Of a stretch of DNA of 64,000 bases, positions 9,312 through 18,676 are shown in pieces; position 1 is the stretch's first letter; the number at the start of each line of letters is the position of its first letter. Below the pieces are notes generated by a model that worked only from the letters and a program-made list of their open reading frames with translations, was not told where the DNA came from and ran no database searches. The translations under genes and the position numbers were made by a program. The DNA lies in the NCBI GenBank assembly GCA_963807915.1, contig CAWEDO010000001.1, positions 205,561 through 269,560 on the forward strand. The letters run 5' to 3'. Source of the DNA: an uncultured Chloroflexia bacterium. Its GTDB lineage: Bacteria; Chloroflexota; Limnocylindria; QHBO01.

Positions 9312-11363
9312 ATGACCAATCGGACGTTGGGGCGGGCTGCCCTCATTGGCCTGGCGGTCGGAGCCCTCCTCGTCTTGCCGGCCGGCCCACTGCCGGATCG
9401 TGCCGACGGTGCCCGCAGGACCCCCACCGGCTCGCGGCCCGAGGTTGCGACGTTGCGGCTGGCGAGCTCGAAGGTCTTCGACCTTCGGCGACTGCCCCAG
9501 CTTCGGGACTCGACCGAGGGTGCCGATCGCGACCTGCAACCCGAGCGGCATGCTCCACGAACCCGACTCGTCGGCGGACAGGCCGCGGCGGAAGTCGGAT
9601 CGGGCAGCGCCCTGGGGCCGCTCGCCGCCGCTCCGTCGCCGACGAGGAGCTTCGAAGGCCTCTACAACAGCGAGAGCTGCACCGGCGGGCCGTGCGGGCA
9701 GGGCCACCCGCCGGATCCGAACGGTGACGTCGGTCCGACCCACTACATCGAGACGATCAACACAGCGATCGCGATCTTCGACAAGGCCACCGGAACGCGG
9801 ATCGTGGGGGTCACGTTCAACAGCTTCATGAGCCAGGGGACGTACGGGAACCTGTGCGACACGGAGAACTTCGGGGACGCGGTCGTGCTCTATGACACGT
9901 TCCGCGACCGCTGGGTGATCACCGACTTCGCCTTCCAGCTCGACGGGTCCGGCAACGTTGTCAGCGCGCCGGGTTCATACCAGTGCATCGCCGTCTCTCA
10001 GTCCGGCGATCCGGTGAGCGGGGGCTGGAACTTCTACTCCCTCCACCTGACCGATGGCCTCCAGGATTACCCCAAGCTCGGGATCTGGCCGGACGGCCTC
10101 TACATGTCGGCAAACATGTTCGACTTCGCAATCACCGGTAGCTTCCAGAACGTCCGAGTCTGGGCGATGGACCTCAAGGCGATGGAAGCGGGCGACCCGA
10201 CCGTCGGGGCAGTTGCATTCAACGCGCCCAGCCGGACGGGGCCATGCTCGGTCTTCACGCTCCTGCCGAGCAACGCCCGGGCGCAGACCGGCACGCCGCC
10301 ACCCGGCCGTCCGAACTACTTCGCTTCGGTCTGGTGCTACACCGGGCTCGTCCGCGTCTGGCAGCTCCACGTCGACTGGAGCGACGCCGGCGGCGCGACC
10401 TTCACGGGTCCCACCGACTCGAGCACCGGCTCGTTGTGGGGGACACCGCCGTCCGTCGCGCCGTCGCGTGACGGCAACGACCTCGACACGCTAGCGATGC
10501 GGCTGATGGCCCAGAACCAGTACACGAACATCGGCGGGGTCGAGTCGCTGTGGCAGAGTCACACCGTCCAGGGCAGTTCGGCCAGCCAGGCCGCCGTGCG
10601 CTGGTATCAGGTCCCGGTCACCGGCGGCTCCGTCGCGAGCGCAATTCAGGCGGCAACCTGGAACCCCGACGCCTCGAACCGTTTCATGCCGAGCCTGGCG
10701 GTCGACCGCCTCGGTGACGCGGCGATCGGGTACAGCGCCTCGAGCGCATCGCTGTACCCGGCGATCCGCTACGCAGGACGGCTCTTCAGCGATCCCGCCG
10801 GTGTGTTCGGCCAGACTGAGCAATCGCTGATCGAGGGCGGCGGCAGCCAAATCGGCGACTGCGGCGGGTCGCCGTGCGAGCGGTGGGGTGACTACACGGC
10901 AATGACGCTCGATCCCGACGGATGCACCTTCTGGTACGTCAACGAGTACTACCCTGCGCTCGGCCTCGACTACCACACGCGCATCGGCGCATTCGCGTTC
11001 GCGCCATGCACCCCGCTCGAGCCGACGCTGCATGGGGCGGATCTCGATGGCGCCGCGCGGCGGACCGGGCTGCTCACCTGGCGGGCAGCGGTGACCGTGA
11101 CGGTCCGCGACTCGAGCGGGTTGCCAGTCAGCTTCGCGACCGTGTTCGGCTCCTGGAGCGGCGGCTACTCGGGTTCGGGTTCGTGCACCACGGATGCGAC
11201 CGGCTCGTGCTTCCTCGCCACGGCGGGTGTCCCGAACGCAGCGAGCTCCGTGACCTTCCTGATCGGGTCGATCAACCACTCGACGCTCACGTACAACGCC
11301 ACCGAGAACGAGGACCCTGACGCGGACTCTGATGGAACCGTGATCACGGTTCCGCGATTCTAG
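9312..11363 (+). CDS. Large secreted Cys-rich hypothetical protein (probable beta-propeller plus C-terminal Ig-like domain)
   Basis: Signal peptide; PPDPNGDVGPTHY, DYPKLGIW, RWGDY motifs; C-terminal beta-rich module of about 100 aa. Confidence 0.75.
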   Translation: MTNRTLGRAALIGLAVGALLVLPAGPLPDRADGARRTPTGSRPEVATLRLASSKVFDLRRLPQLRDSTEGADRDLQPERHAPRTRLVGGQAAAEVGSGSALGPLAAAPSPTRSFEGLYNSESCTGGPCGQGHPPDPNGDVGPTHYIETINTAIAIFDKATGTRIVGVTFNSFMSQGTYGNLCDTENFGDAVVLYDTFRDRWVITDFAFQLDGSGNVVSAPGSYQCIAVSQSGDPVSGGWNFYSLHLTDGLQDYPKLGIWPDGLYMSANMFDFAITGSFQNVRVWAMDLKAMEAGDPTVGAVAFNAPSRTGPCSVFTLLPSNARAQTGTPPPGRPNYFASVWCYTGLVRVWQLHVDWSDAGGATFTGPTDSSTGSLWGTPPSVAPSRDGNDLDTLAMRLMAQNQYTNIGGVESLWQSHTVQGSSASQAAVRWYQVPVTGGSVASAIQAATWNPDASNRFMPSLAVDRLGDAAIGYSASSASLYPAIRYAGRLFSDPAGVFGQTEQSLIEGGGSQIGDCGGSPCERWGDYTAMTLDPDGCTFWYVNEYYPALGLDYHTRIGAFAFAPCTPLEPTLHGADLDGAARRTGLLTWRAAVTVTVRDSSGLPVSFATVFGSWSGGYSGSGSCTTDATGSCFLATAGVPNAASSVTFLIGSINHSTLTYNATENEDPDADSDGTVITVPRF

Positions 11364-11372
11364 AGCGACCGT

Positions 11373-12749
11373 TCAGCGCGACCGCCGCGGCTGGAGCGTG
11401 GGGGTTCGGTGTCGCCAGTCCGCGCCCTCGCTCGGAGGTCGACCGAAGAGCTCCGGATGAAGGTACGTCCCCCGCTCGGACGTCGGCTTCGCCTCCTCGA
11501 CCACGACCCGGTTGGCGTCAGCCCAGCGGTCGCGGCGGATGCCCGTCAACTGCCAACTCACTTCCTGGCCCGGGTTGCCGCCCGCGATCGTGAACGACCC
11601 GTCGCGCACGGTTGCCTTGACGAACAGCGGGCTGAACGCAGCGTGGGGCGTGAGCTGATAACGGAAGTCGCGGTTGAGGGCCTCGAAGTAGCCGGGAAGC
11701 TCGACCGTTGCCTCGCCCGAGGCGTCCAGCCGGGCGACGCCGTCGTAGACGTTCTTCATGTCCGGGCTCTCGACGAACGAGTGGCTCAAGTATCGTCGGG
11801 TCGGGTCGAGAGGATGATCGATCTTGAAGCTCCCGCCGCCCTTCGAGAGGGTCCCACTGACCGACAGGTCGCCCTGGACGTGCGCCCGCCCTTGCGACCA
11901 CACCCCATAGCCGGAGCCGCTCGTTGTCGTCGCGTACAGCCCGTAGTTCACGCCGGAGGAGTTGGCCTCCGCATAGACCGCCCGGCCGGTGGCGCCGTAC
12001 GCCAACGCGTAGACGCCGAAGTTCGTTCCAGCGGTGTTGTAGGCCGCCCCGTATACACCCGCGCCCGGCTGTGTCTCGCTCTCCCCGACGACGCCGTGGT
12101 AGGCCTCGGCTCCGGTGTACTCGGCGTAGCCCCATACCCCGTCACCGCGGGTCGCGAACCCCTGCACCCCGGTGGGAATGCTGCCACCGCCGACCGCCCC
12201 GGTCGCACGACCCTTGACGCCGGCTCCCTCCGAGCCGGCTGACTCCCCGTAGATCGCGATGGCCGCAGTGCCCGTGCTCGTCGTGATCGCCCGAATCGCG
12301 TTGGCCGCCGCGCCGGCGGTTGTCGCGACGAGGCCGTGGTTGTTGCCACCGGAGGCGCGCATCGCGCCGGCGGTCCCGGCAGCACCGTTGTTCTGGCCGA
12401 AGACCCCGTACGTTGCGCCGGTGCCCGTGACACCGCTGATTCCGGTCCCATTGTTGGCGGTAAAGAATCCCGCGATGGAGCCGGCCCCAACGGCGGATCC
12501 GCGGAGCGCCGTGCCGGTTCCGTTCTGGGTCACCAGCAGCGCGGTACCGCTGCTGTTCGTGGTGAGGGTCGTGTTCGACGTCCCGGCGTTGTTGGAGGTA
12601 TTGCCGATGAACAACGGATCGCCGGCTGCGGCCTTCGCGTCCTGGGGTCGGCCGAGAGCAGAGATGACGAGACCGGCCAGGCCACCGAGTCCGGCGGCGA
12701 TGAACGAGCGCCGACTGCGCGGCTGCGTGGTTGGATTCGCGGCGGCCAT
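11373..12749 (-). CDS. Tat-exported Gly-rich repeat (beta-helix-like) protein A with C-terminal DHPLDP module
   Basis: AAGGAGG SD before ATG 12749; SRRSFI twin-arginine signal; GV(Y/F/W)G repeats; GGGSFKIDHPLDP...HSFVESP...FRYQLT tail. Confidence 0.8.
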   Translation of the reverse strand: MAAANPTTQPRSRRSFIAAGLGGLAGLVISALGRPQDAKAAAGDPLFIGNTSNNAGTSNTTLTTNSSGTALLVTQNGTGTALRGSAVGAGSIAGFFTANNGTGISGVTGTGATYGVFGQNNGAAGTAGAMRASGGNNHGLVATTAGAAANAIRAITTSTGTAAIAIYGESAGSEGAGVKGRATGAVGGGSIPTGVQGFATRGDGVWGYAEYTGAEAYHGVVGESETQPGAGVYGAAYNTAGTNFGVYALAYGATGRAVYAEANSSGVNYGLYATTTSGSGYGVWSQGRAHVQGDLSVSGTLSKGGGSFKIDHPLDPTRRYLSHSFVESPDMKNVYDGVARLDASGEATVELPGYFEALNRDFRYQLTPHAAFSPLFVKATVRDGSFTIAGGNPGQEVSWQLTGIRRDRWADANRVVVEEAKPTSERGTYLHPELFGRPPSEGADWRHRTPTLQPRRSR

Positions 12750-12945
12750 GCGGAACCTCCTTGGATGGGCCTGTCGTGTGGACGGGCTGCTGCGGGAACG
12801 TGCCTGTGTTCCCATCGGCGCCCTCGGCCCTGCGCTGGCCCGCCGTCCCGGCGACATGAAGCAGCTCGCTAGGCGATTGTGGCGCCCGCGTCAAGGTGCC
12901 TTCGCAGCCCGTCTTGTCGCAGCCCGCCTCCGAACACCAGGCGAT

Positions 12946-12989
12946 CGAGCTTTGGCGGTGACCTGCCGCGTACACTCGGACCGCGATGG
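12946..12989 (+). repeat. 44-bp direct repeat, copy 2 (upstream of rfbD)
   Basis: cgagctttggcggtgacctgccgcgtacactcggaccgcgatgg; contains a TACACT -10-like hexamer. Confidence 0.9.
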
Positions 12990-13032
12990 TTCGACCAGAT
13001 CTCGGCACGCCGCCCGGGGCCAGGGAAGACTG

Positions 13033-13893
13033 ATGTCGCGGCGCGTGGCCATCACCGGAGCCGGAGGGCAGCTCGGCCACGAGCTGGTGACCGCATTTCG
13101 CGGCGTGGGCGACGAGGTGCTCTCGCTGATGCGGCCCGAGTTCGACATCACCCGGTCCGGTGACCTTGAGCGCATGAGCGCCTGGCGGCCGGACGTCGTG
13201 ATCAATGCGGCCGCATGGACCGATGTCGATGGCTGCGTCCGCGATCCGGCGCGCGCCATGGCGATCAACGGTACCGCTGCCGGCGAGGTTGGAAAGGCGG
13301 CGGCGGACGCCGGCGCCCTGACCGTGCAGATCAGCACGAACGAGGTCTTTGATGGCAGCCTCGATCGTCCGTACACGGAGGATGACAGCCCGAATCCGAT
13401 CAATCCGTATGGCGCCTCGAAGCTGCTCGGCGAGCGGCTGGTGGCAGATTCCAGCGGGCGCCACCTGATCGTGCGGACCGCGTGGCTCTTCAGCACGCGG
13501 GGATCGAACTTCATAACGAAAATCCTGGCGGCGGCTGAGAGGGCCTCTGCTGCAGGCGACCCATTGCGGATCGTCGGTGACGAATGGGGGAATCCGACGT
13601 CGACGACATGGCTGGCAGCCGCGGTCAGAGGACTCGCCGATGCGGCGTTGAGCGATCGCACGATCGAGGGCGTCTGGCATCGCGCCGGCCAGCCGCCTGC
13701 GACGCGCATGGAGTGGGCGCGGCGGATCCTGCGCGGGAACAATGTGTCGATTACCGAGATCTCGCTCGATGAATATCCACGGGGCAGTCGTGTCCCACGA
13801 CGTGCGGTGCTGACCACCCGGCGATTGCTGGCTCTTCCCGGTGGCAATTGGCAGGGGGAGACGGACGCCGTCGTCGCAAGACTGCGGGCCTAG
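13033..13893 (+). CDS. rfbD: dTDP-4-dehydrorhamnose reductase
   Basis: ITGAGGQLG, INAAAWTDVDGC, ISTNEVFDG, YGASK catalytic motif, RTAWLF, DEWGNPT. Confidence 0.92.
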   Translation: MSRRVAITGAGGQLGHELVTAFRGVGDEVLSLMRPEFDITRSGDLERMSAWRPDVVINAAAWTDVDGCVRDPARAMAINGTAAGEVGKAAADAGALTVQISTNEVFDGSLDRPYTEDDSPNPINPYGASKLLGERLVADSSGRHLIVRTAWLFSTRGSNFITKILAAAERASAAGDPLRIVGDEWGNPTSTTWLAAAVRGLADAALSDRTIEGVWHRAGQPPATRMEWARRILRGNNVSITEISLDEYPRGSRVPRRAVLTTRRLLALPGGNWQGETDAVVARLRA

Positions 13894-14142
13894 GCGGCGA
13901 GCGCCAGGCGCGGGGAGGGGTTCCCCACCGGGCCCGTCCATCGCTGCTGGGTCGTGGCGAACTGGACCGGGTAGGAGGACCGGGGTCGCCAGCACCCTGC
14001 CGGCCCCCGCGGCGGCGGCCGCTATCCCCCTGGCCACGATACCGGTGACGTGGCTGCCTGCCGGTGTGACAATCACCGCCTGATAGCGGCTCTCGCGCCG
14101 CCTGGCGCCGCCGCGTTGCTTCTTCTGGAAAGGAGACCGCCG

Positions 14143-15500
14143 ATGCCCGCGCCGATCCCTGCTGAATCCAACCCCGAGCGGAGCGCCGCTGCCTCACCCC
14201 GCAGCCGACGCGCCCTGCTGGCGGGGATGTTCGGCGGGCTGGCCGCCTGGGCCGCGGCCGCGGCTGCCAAGGTCAGCCCGGTGGAGGCTGCCGCCGGCAG
14301 CTCGCTCATCATCGGCTCGACCGCCAACAACGCCGGGACGTCGAACACGACCCTGACCACGGCCAGTAGTGGCACCGGCCTGCTCATCACCCAGAACGGG
14401 TCCGGCACGGCCCTGCGCGGCTCAGCGGTGGGCGCGGGCTCGATCGCTGGCTTCTTCACCGCCAACAATGGCACCGGCATCAGCGGGGTGACCGGCAACG
14501 CGAACAGCTACGGCGTCTACGGCGCCAATGACGGTGCCGCCGGCACCGGTGCGGCGATCCGTGCCAACGGCGGCAACAACAACGCAATCGTCGCGACCAC
14601 GGCCAACTCGGCCACGGTTGTCTATGCGTCCACGCAGAGCGGCGTTGCCATCTATGGCCTCTCCGGCACCGGCACCGCGGTCTATGGCTACTCCAACACG
14701 CACTCGGGCGTTAGCGGCGGCTCGTCTTCGGCGCCTCGACAACGGGGGCGGGTGTCTACGGTCGCTCTACTACGAACGCCGGGGTCCTCGGCCAGTCAGA
14801 CACGCATTTCGGGGTATCCGCGATCGGCAACGGCGGCACCAAAGATCATGCTGCATTGCGCAGCGACAACACCAACACCAGCAACGGCATGGCCGCCTAC
14901 CTGACCAACAACAGCAGCTTCGCCACCGCCCACCTCTACAACGCCGGTTCGGGTCAGGTGCTGTGGCTGCAGAACGGGGGCACCGACGCGGCTGGGACGG
15001 GCGGCGGCGACTTCATCAACTGCCGCAACAAGGACCAGTCCGATACCCAGTTTCGGGTCGCCTCCGACGGCAGCGCCTACAGCGACGGGACCTTCAATGG
15101 CGGCGGTGCCGACTTCGCCGAGCTGCTGCCCGCCGCCGAGCCCAGCGAGCCGGGGGACGTGTTGGCGGTGCAGCCCGATGGCCGGCTGGCACGCTCCAGC
15201 GACGCCCGCTCAAGCGCCGTGCTCGGGGTACAGTCCACCAAGCCGGGCTTCGTGGGAGGGGCCATGCGGGCCGGCGGGGCGCCCGACCGGATCCCACTGG
15301 CGGTGGTGGGAATCGTACCCGTCAAGGCCAGCGCCGAGAACGGCGCGATCCGCGCCGGTGATCGGCTGGTCAGCGCAGCGCTCCCTGGCCACGCCATGCG
15401 CGCGGACCGGCATCCGGAGGTGGGCACCGTCATCGGCAAAGCACTCGCCGACCTGGCGGCCGGTACCGGCACCCTGGAGATGATGGTCATGCTGCAATAG
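14143..15500 (+). CDS. Tat-exported Gly-rich repeat protein B with C-terminal peptidase-G2-like intramolecular chaperone domain; frameshifted near 14724
   Basis: AAGGAG SD; SRRALL signal; 10-aa GVxGxS repeats continue across a frame change; tail GADFAE...PGDVL...GVQSTKPG...VGIVPVK...IRAGDRLV...GTVIGKAL. Confidence 0.75.
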
Positions 15501-15686
15501 AGGCGGCAGGGTTCGCCCGCACTCGAGCGATCGCTGCGCCGGTCCGTTCGAACTCATGCCGTTGGCGAGCACCCGGCAGACCGAGTGAACGAGCGGCCGC
15601 AGCAGCCGTGCGGGGATCGGATAGCCATACCTCGATCAAGGAATGAATCGCCTAGACTTGGGTCCCACCCCGCCTGAGGAGTCCCC

Positions 15687-17840
15687 GTGCAAGTCATTGC
15701 ACAACTGATCGGCTACCCACGCATCGGCCCCAATCGGGAGCTCAAATGGGCCCTCGAACGGGCTTGGTCCGGCCGCTCGATGCCGAGCGAATTCGCGGCG
15801 AAGGTGGCCGAGCTGCGTAGCGGGCACCTCGACGAGCAGACCAAGCTCATCGGATCCGCGGTGGACGACTTCTTCCTGTACGACGAGGTCCTCGAGACCG
15901 CGTTGATGCTCGGGATTCACCCGCAGGGACTCCCCGATGACCCGTTCGAGCTGCTGACCGCCCTCGCCCGTGGCACCGCCCAGCGCGAGGCCTGGGAGAT
16001 GACGAAGTGGTTCGACACCAACTACCACTACGTCGTGCCGGAGGTCGACCGCCTGCCGGAGCGGCTCGTCCCGCTTCCCTGGCGCGAGCCGCTGGCGGGC
16101 AGCGATGGGGTGTGGCCGATCCTCGGGCCGTACAGCCTGGCCCGCCTCAGCAAGCTGCATGACCTGCACGCGACGGATCTGGCGCGGGCCGCAGGGGCAG
16201 CGATCGGGGCATTCGCCCGCTCACAGCCGAGCGGATTCCGGCTCCAGCTCGACGAGCCGTGCCTGGGCCTGCGCCTGGATGCCACCGACGAGGCGCTCCG
16301 CGACGCCGCCTACGACGCCCTCGGCAGCTTCGGCTCAGGTGGAGCCCCGCTGGTGACCGTCCAGTTCGGAGCTGCATCGCCCGCGACGATCGAGGCGCTG
16401 GGTCACCGCGGCTACGCCGTCCAGGTGCGGCTCGACCACGTGCCCGCGCTCACCGGCACCCCGGCGTGGGATGCCCAGCCCGAGCACGTGGTGGCGGTGG
16501 TGGAGGGCCGCAGCGTCTGGCCCGACGACTTCGCGACCGTCCGCGGGACCCTTGAGGGGCTCGACGACGGAAAGGTGCTGCGCATTGTCCCCTCGACCAG
16601 CCTCTCGTTCCTGCCGTACACGACCGAGGGCGAGGACCTGCCCGCCGAGCTCCAGTTCGCGCGCCAGAAGGCCGCGACGCTCGCCACCTGGGCGGCAGCC
16701 CTGAACGGCGGCCCGGAGCCCGCCGCATCGCCGGTTCCGCACGTGGCCTGGCCCGCGGTCGGTGAGCTCACCGAGCGCGCACCTCGAGCGGAGCGCCGGC
16801 GCGCGCAGGACGCTTTGGGCCTGCCGGCCTTCCCGACCACGACCACCGGCTCGCTGCCCCAGACGTCGGAGGTGCGCCACCTGCGATCTGCGCTGTCCAA
16901 GGGGGAGCTCGACCAGGCCGGCTACGACGCCGCCATCGCGACCCTCATCACCGACTCGATCGCGTGGCAGGAACGGATGGGGCTCGACGTCCTCGTCCAC
17001 GGCGAGTTCGAGCGGACCGACATGGTCGAGTACTTCGCCGAGCAGATGGACGGCTACATCACGACGAGGCACGGCTGGGTCCTCTCGTACGGGAGCCGAT
17101 GCACCCGTCCGCCGATCCTGGCCGCGCCCCCCTCCATCTCCGAGCCGATGACCGTGGACGAGTGGCGCCTCGCCCAGGCGGCCACCGACAAGCCGGTGAA
17201 GGGGATGCTGACCGGACCGGTCACGATCGTGAACTGGAGCTTCCGGCCACCCGGCGTGCCGGACGACCAGCTCTTCTGGGCCGTCGCCCAGCCGATTGCC
17301 GAGGAGGTCGGACACCTGGTCGCGGCAGGCTGCCGGATCATCCAGGTGGACGAGCCGGCGGTCCGCGAGCGGTGGCCCCTCCCGACCGAGGACGCCGATG
17401 CGCGCCGGGCCGTCTACGCGCGCGGCGTGCGGGCAGCGCTCAACCACGTCTTCAACGAGCCCGCCGAGGTCCAGATGCACACCCACATGTGCTACGGCGA
17501 CTTCGGCGACATCGTCCCGCTGTGGGCCGATGCCGGCGTCGACGTGGCCTCCATCGAGTTCAGCCGCTCGAAGGACGACAGCTACATCCGCCAGTTCTAC
17601 GGCCTCTTCGCCGACGGCCACCTCCAGATCGGCCCGGGCGTGTTCGACGTCCATAGCCCGCACTCGCCGGGTGCCGGAACGATGGATGATCGGCTGGAGC
17701 ACTTCCTGGGGTTCATGGACGCGACCGACCTGTGGGTCAATCCCGACTGCGGCCTGAAGACCCGCGGCTGGGACGAGATCGAGCTGCAGCTCGCCGACAT
17801 GGTGGCCGCCGCCCGCAGCCGCCGGCAGGGGGCCGCCTGA
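15687..17840 (+). CDS. metE: Cobalamin-independent methionine synthase
   Basis: GYPRIGPNRELK, EMTKWFDTNYHY, HGEFERTDMVEYF, KGMLTGPVT, Zn ligands HTHMC and NPDCGLKTR. Confidence 0.95.
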   Translation: MQVIAQLIGYPRIGPNRELKWALERAWSGRSMPSEFAAKVAELRSGHLDEQTKLIGSAVDDFFLYDEVLETALMLGIHPQGLPDDPFELLTALARGTAQREAWEMTKWFDTNYHYVVPEVDRLPERLVPLPWREPLAGSDGVWPILGPYSLARLSKLHDLHATDLARAAGAAIGAFARSQPSGFRLQLDEPCLGLRLDATDEALRDAAYDALGSFGSGGAPLVTVQFGAASPATIEALGHRGYAVQVRLDHVPALTGTPAWDAQPEHVVAVVEGRSVWPDDFATVRGTLEGLDDGKVLRIVPSTSLSFLPYTTEGEDLPAELQFARQKAATLATWAAALNGGPEPAASPVPHVAWPAVGELTERAPRAERRRAQDALGLPAFPTTTTGSLPQTSEVRHLRSALSKGELDQAGYDAAIATLITDSIAWQERMGLDVLVHGEFERTDMVEYFAEQMDGYITTRHGWVLSYGSRCTRPPILAAPPSISEPMTVDEWRLAQAATDKPVKGMLTGPVTIVNWSFRPPGVPDDQLFWAVAQPIAEEVGHLVAAGCRIIQVDEPAVRERWPLPTEDADARRAVYARGVRAALNHVFNEPAEVQMHTHMCYGDFGDIVPLWADAGVDVASIEFSRSKDDSYIRQFYGLFADGHLQIGPGVFDVHSPHSPGAGTMDDRLEHFLGFMDATDLWVNPDCGLKTRGWDEIELQLADMVAAARSRRQGAA

Positions 17841-17845
17841 CGGGC

Positions 17846-18667
17846 ATGCTCTCGGAGCGGGGCGAGTGGGTCGAGATGGTGGAGGTCAACCCTCCGCTGC
17901 TGCCCTCGATGACCCACCGCCAGCTCGACGGGCGCTGGCGACAGGTCCTCATCACCGATAACCCGTTCAAGCAGGTCCGCGTCTCGCCCTACGCCTTCGC
18001 GGCGCGGATCACGCACGATGTCGACGGCGTGCGGCCGACGGTCGTCTGCTCGACCCGCGACCGCAACATCCTCGCCATCGAGAGCGAGGTGCGCGGCGCC
18101 ATCGGCAACGGGGTCGACTCGTTCCTGGTGGTGCAGGGTGACATGCTCCCCGAGGTCGAGCACTGGAGCAACAGCTACGAGATCGTCGAGCACCTGCGCG
18201 CGCTCCAGCTGGAGGCGGCTCCCTTCGAGGTCGGGATGAGTACCCGGTCGCGCAGCTGGGTCTTCAGACGCAGGATCGAGGTCGGCGCCCAATTCCTCAC
18301 CACCGGGCCGGTGATGGACCCTGCAACCGTCCAGGCCTGCGCCAATCGGCTCGGGATGCGGGACGGCGACCCGCCCGTCTACCTGGAGCTCTCGCCGCCC
18401 TTCAGCCCGGCCTGGGTGCGGCGGCTCGAGCGGGTGGGTGCCCTCCCCGTCGGGGACGAGCTGCGGGCCCGCCTCGAAGCGACCCCCGAGGCCGATCAGC
18501 GCGCATATGGCTGGCGCGCGGCGAAGGCGATCGCGGTCGAGGCGCGCACGGCGGGCTTTGCCGGTGTCGTCCTGATGGGCCTGAAGTTCGAGACGGCCGT
18601 GGGGGAGGCCTACGACATCTGGCACGACGACAGGGTCACCCCGCTCGACAACGACGAGGGCAACTAG
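17846..18667 (+). CDS. Methylenetetrahydrofolate reductase-like protein (YitJ C-terminal type, divergent)
   Basis: VEVNPP, ITDNP, STRDRN, VVQGD correspond to MTHFR motifs; directly after metE. Confidence 0.65.
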   Translation: MLSERGEWVEMVEVNPPLLPSMTHRQLDGRWRQVLITDNPFKQVRVSPYAFAARITHDVDGVRPTVVCSTRDRNILAIESEVRGAIGNGVDSFLVVQGDMLPEVEHWSNSYEIVEHLRALQLEAAPFEVGMSTRSRSWVFRRRIEVGAQFLTTGPVMDPATVQACANRLGMRDGDPPVYLELSPPFSPAWVRRLERVGALPVGDELRARLEATPEADQRAYGWRAAKAIAVEARTAGFAGVVLMGLKFETAVGEAYDIWHDDRVTPLDNDEGN

Positions 18668-18676
18668 ACTCGCCGC

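Noticed and set aside
12954-12965. RfaH ops-like element GGCGGTGACCTG before rfbD
   Set aside because: Two mismatches to GGCGGTAGnnTG, the other repeat copy matches worse, and no NusG paralogue is seen
13894-14142. Structured RNA in the GC-rich leader of fibre B
   Set aside because: Hairpins are trivial at this GC content and no known motif was recognised
12318-14601. Invertible switch or diversity-generating retroelement acting on the two inverted fibre paralogues
   Set aside because: Synonymous sites are heavily diverged, there is no long DNA identity, and no recombinase or reverse transcriptase is in the window
15501-15686. SAM, SAH or cobalamin riboswitch upstream of metE
   Set aside because: Core consensus elements could not be matched by eye; needs an Infernal/Rfam scan
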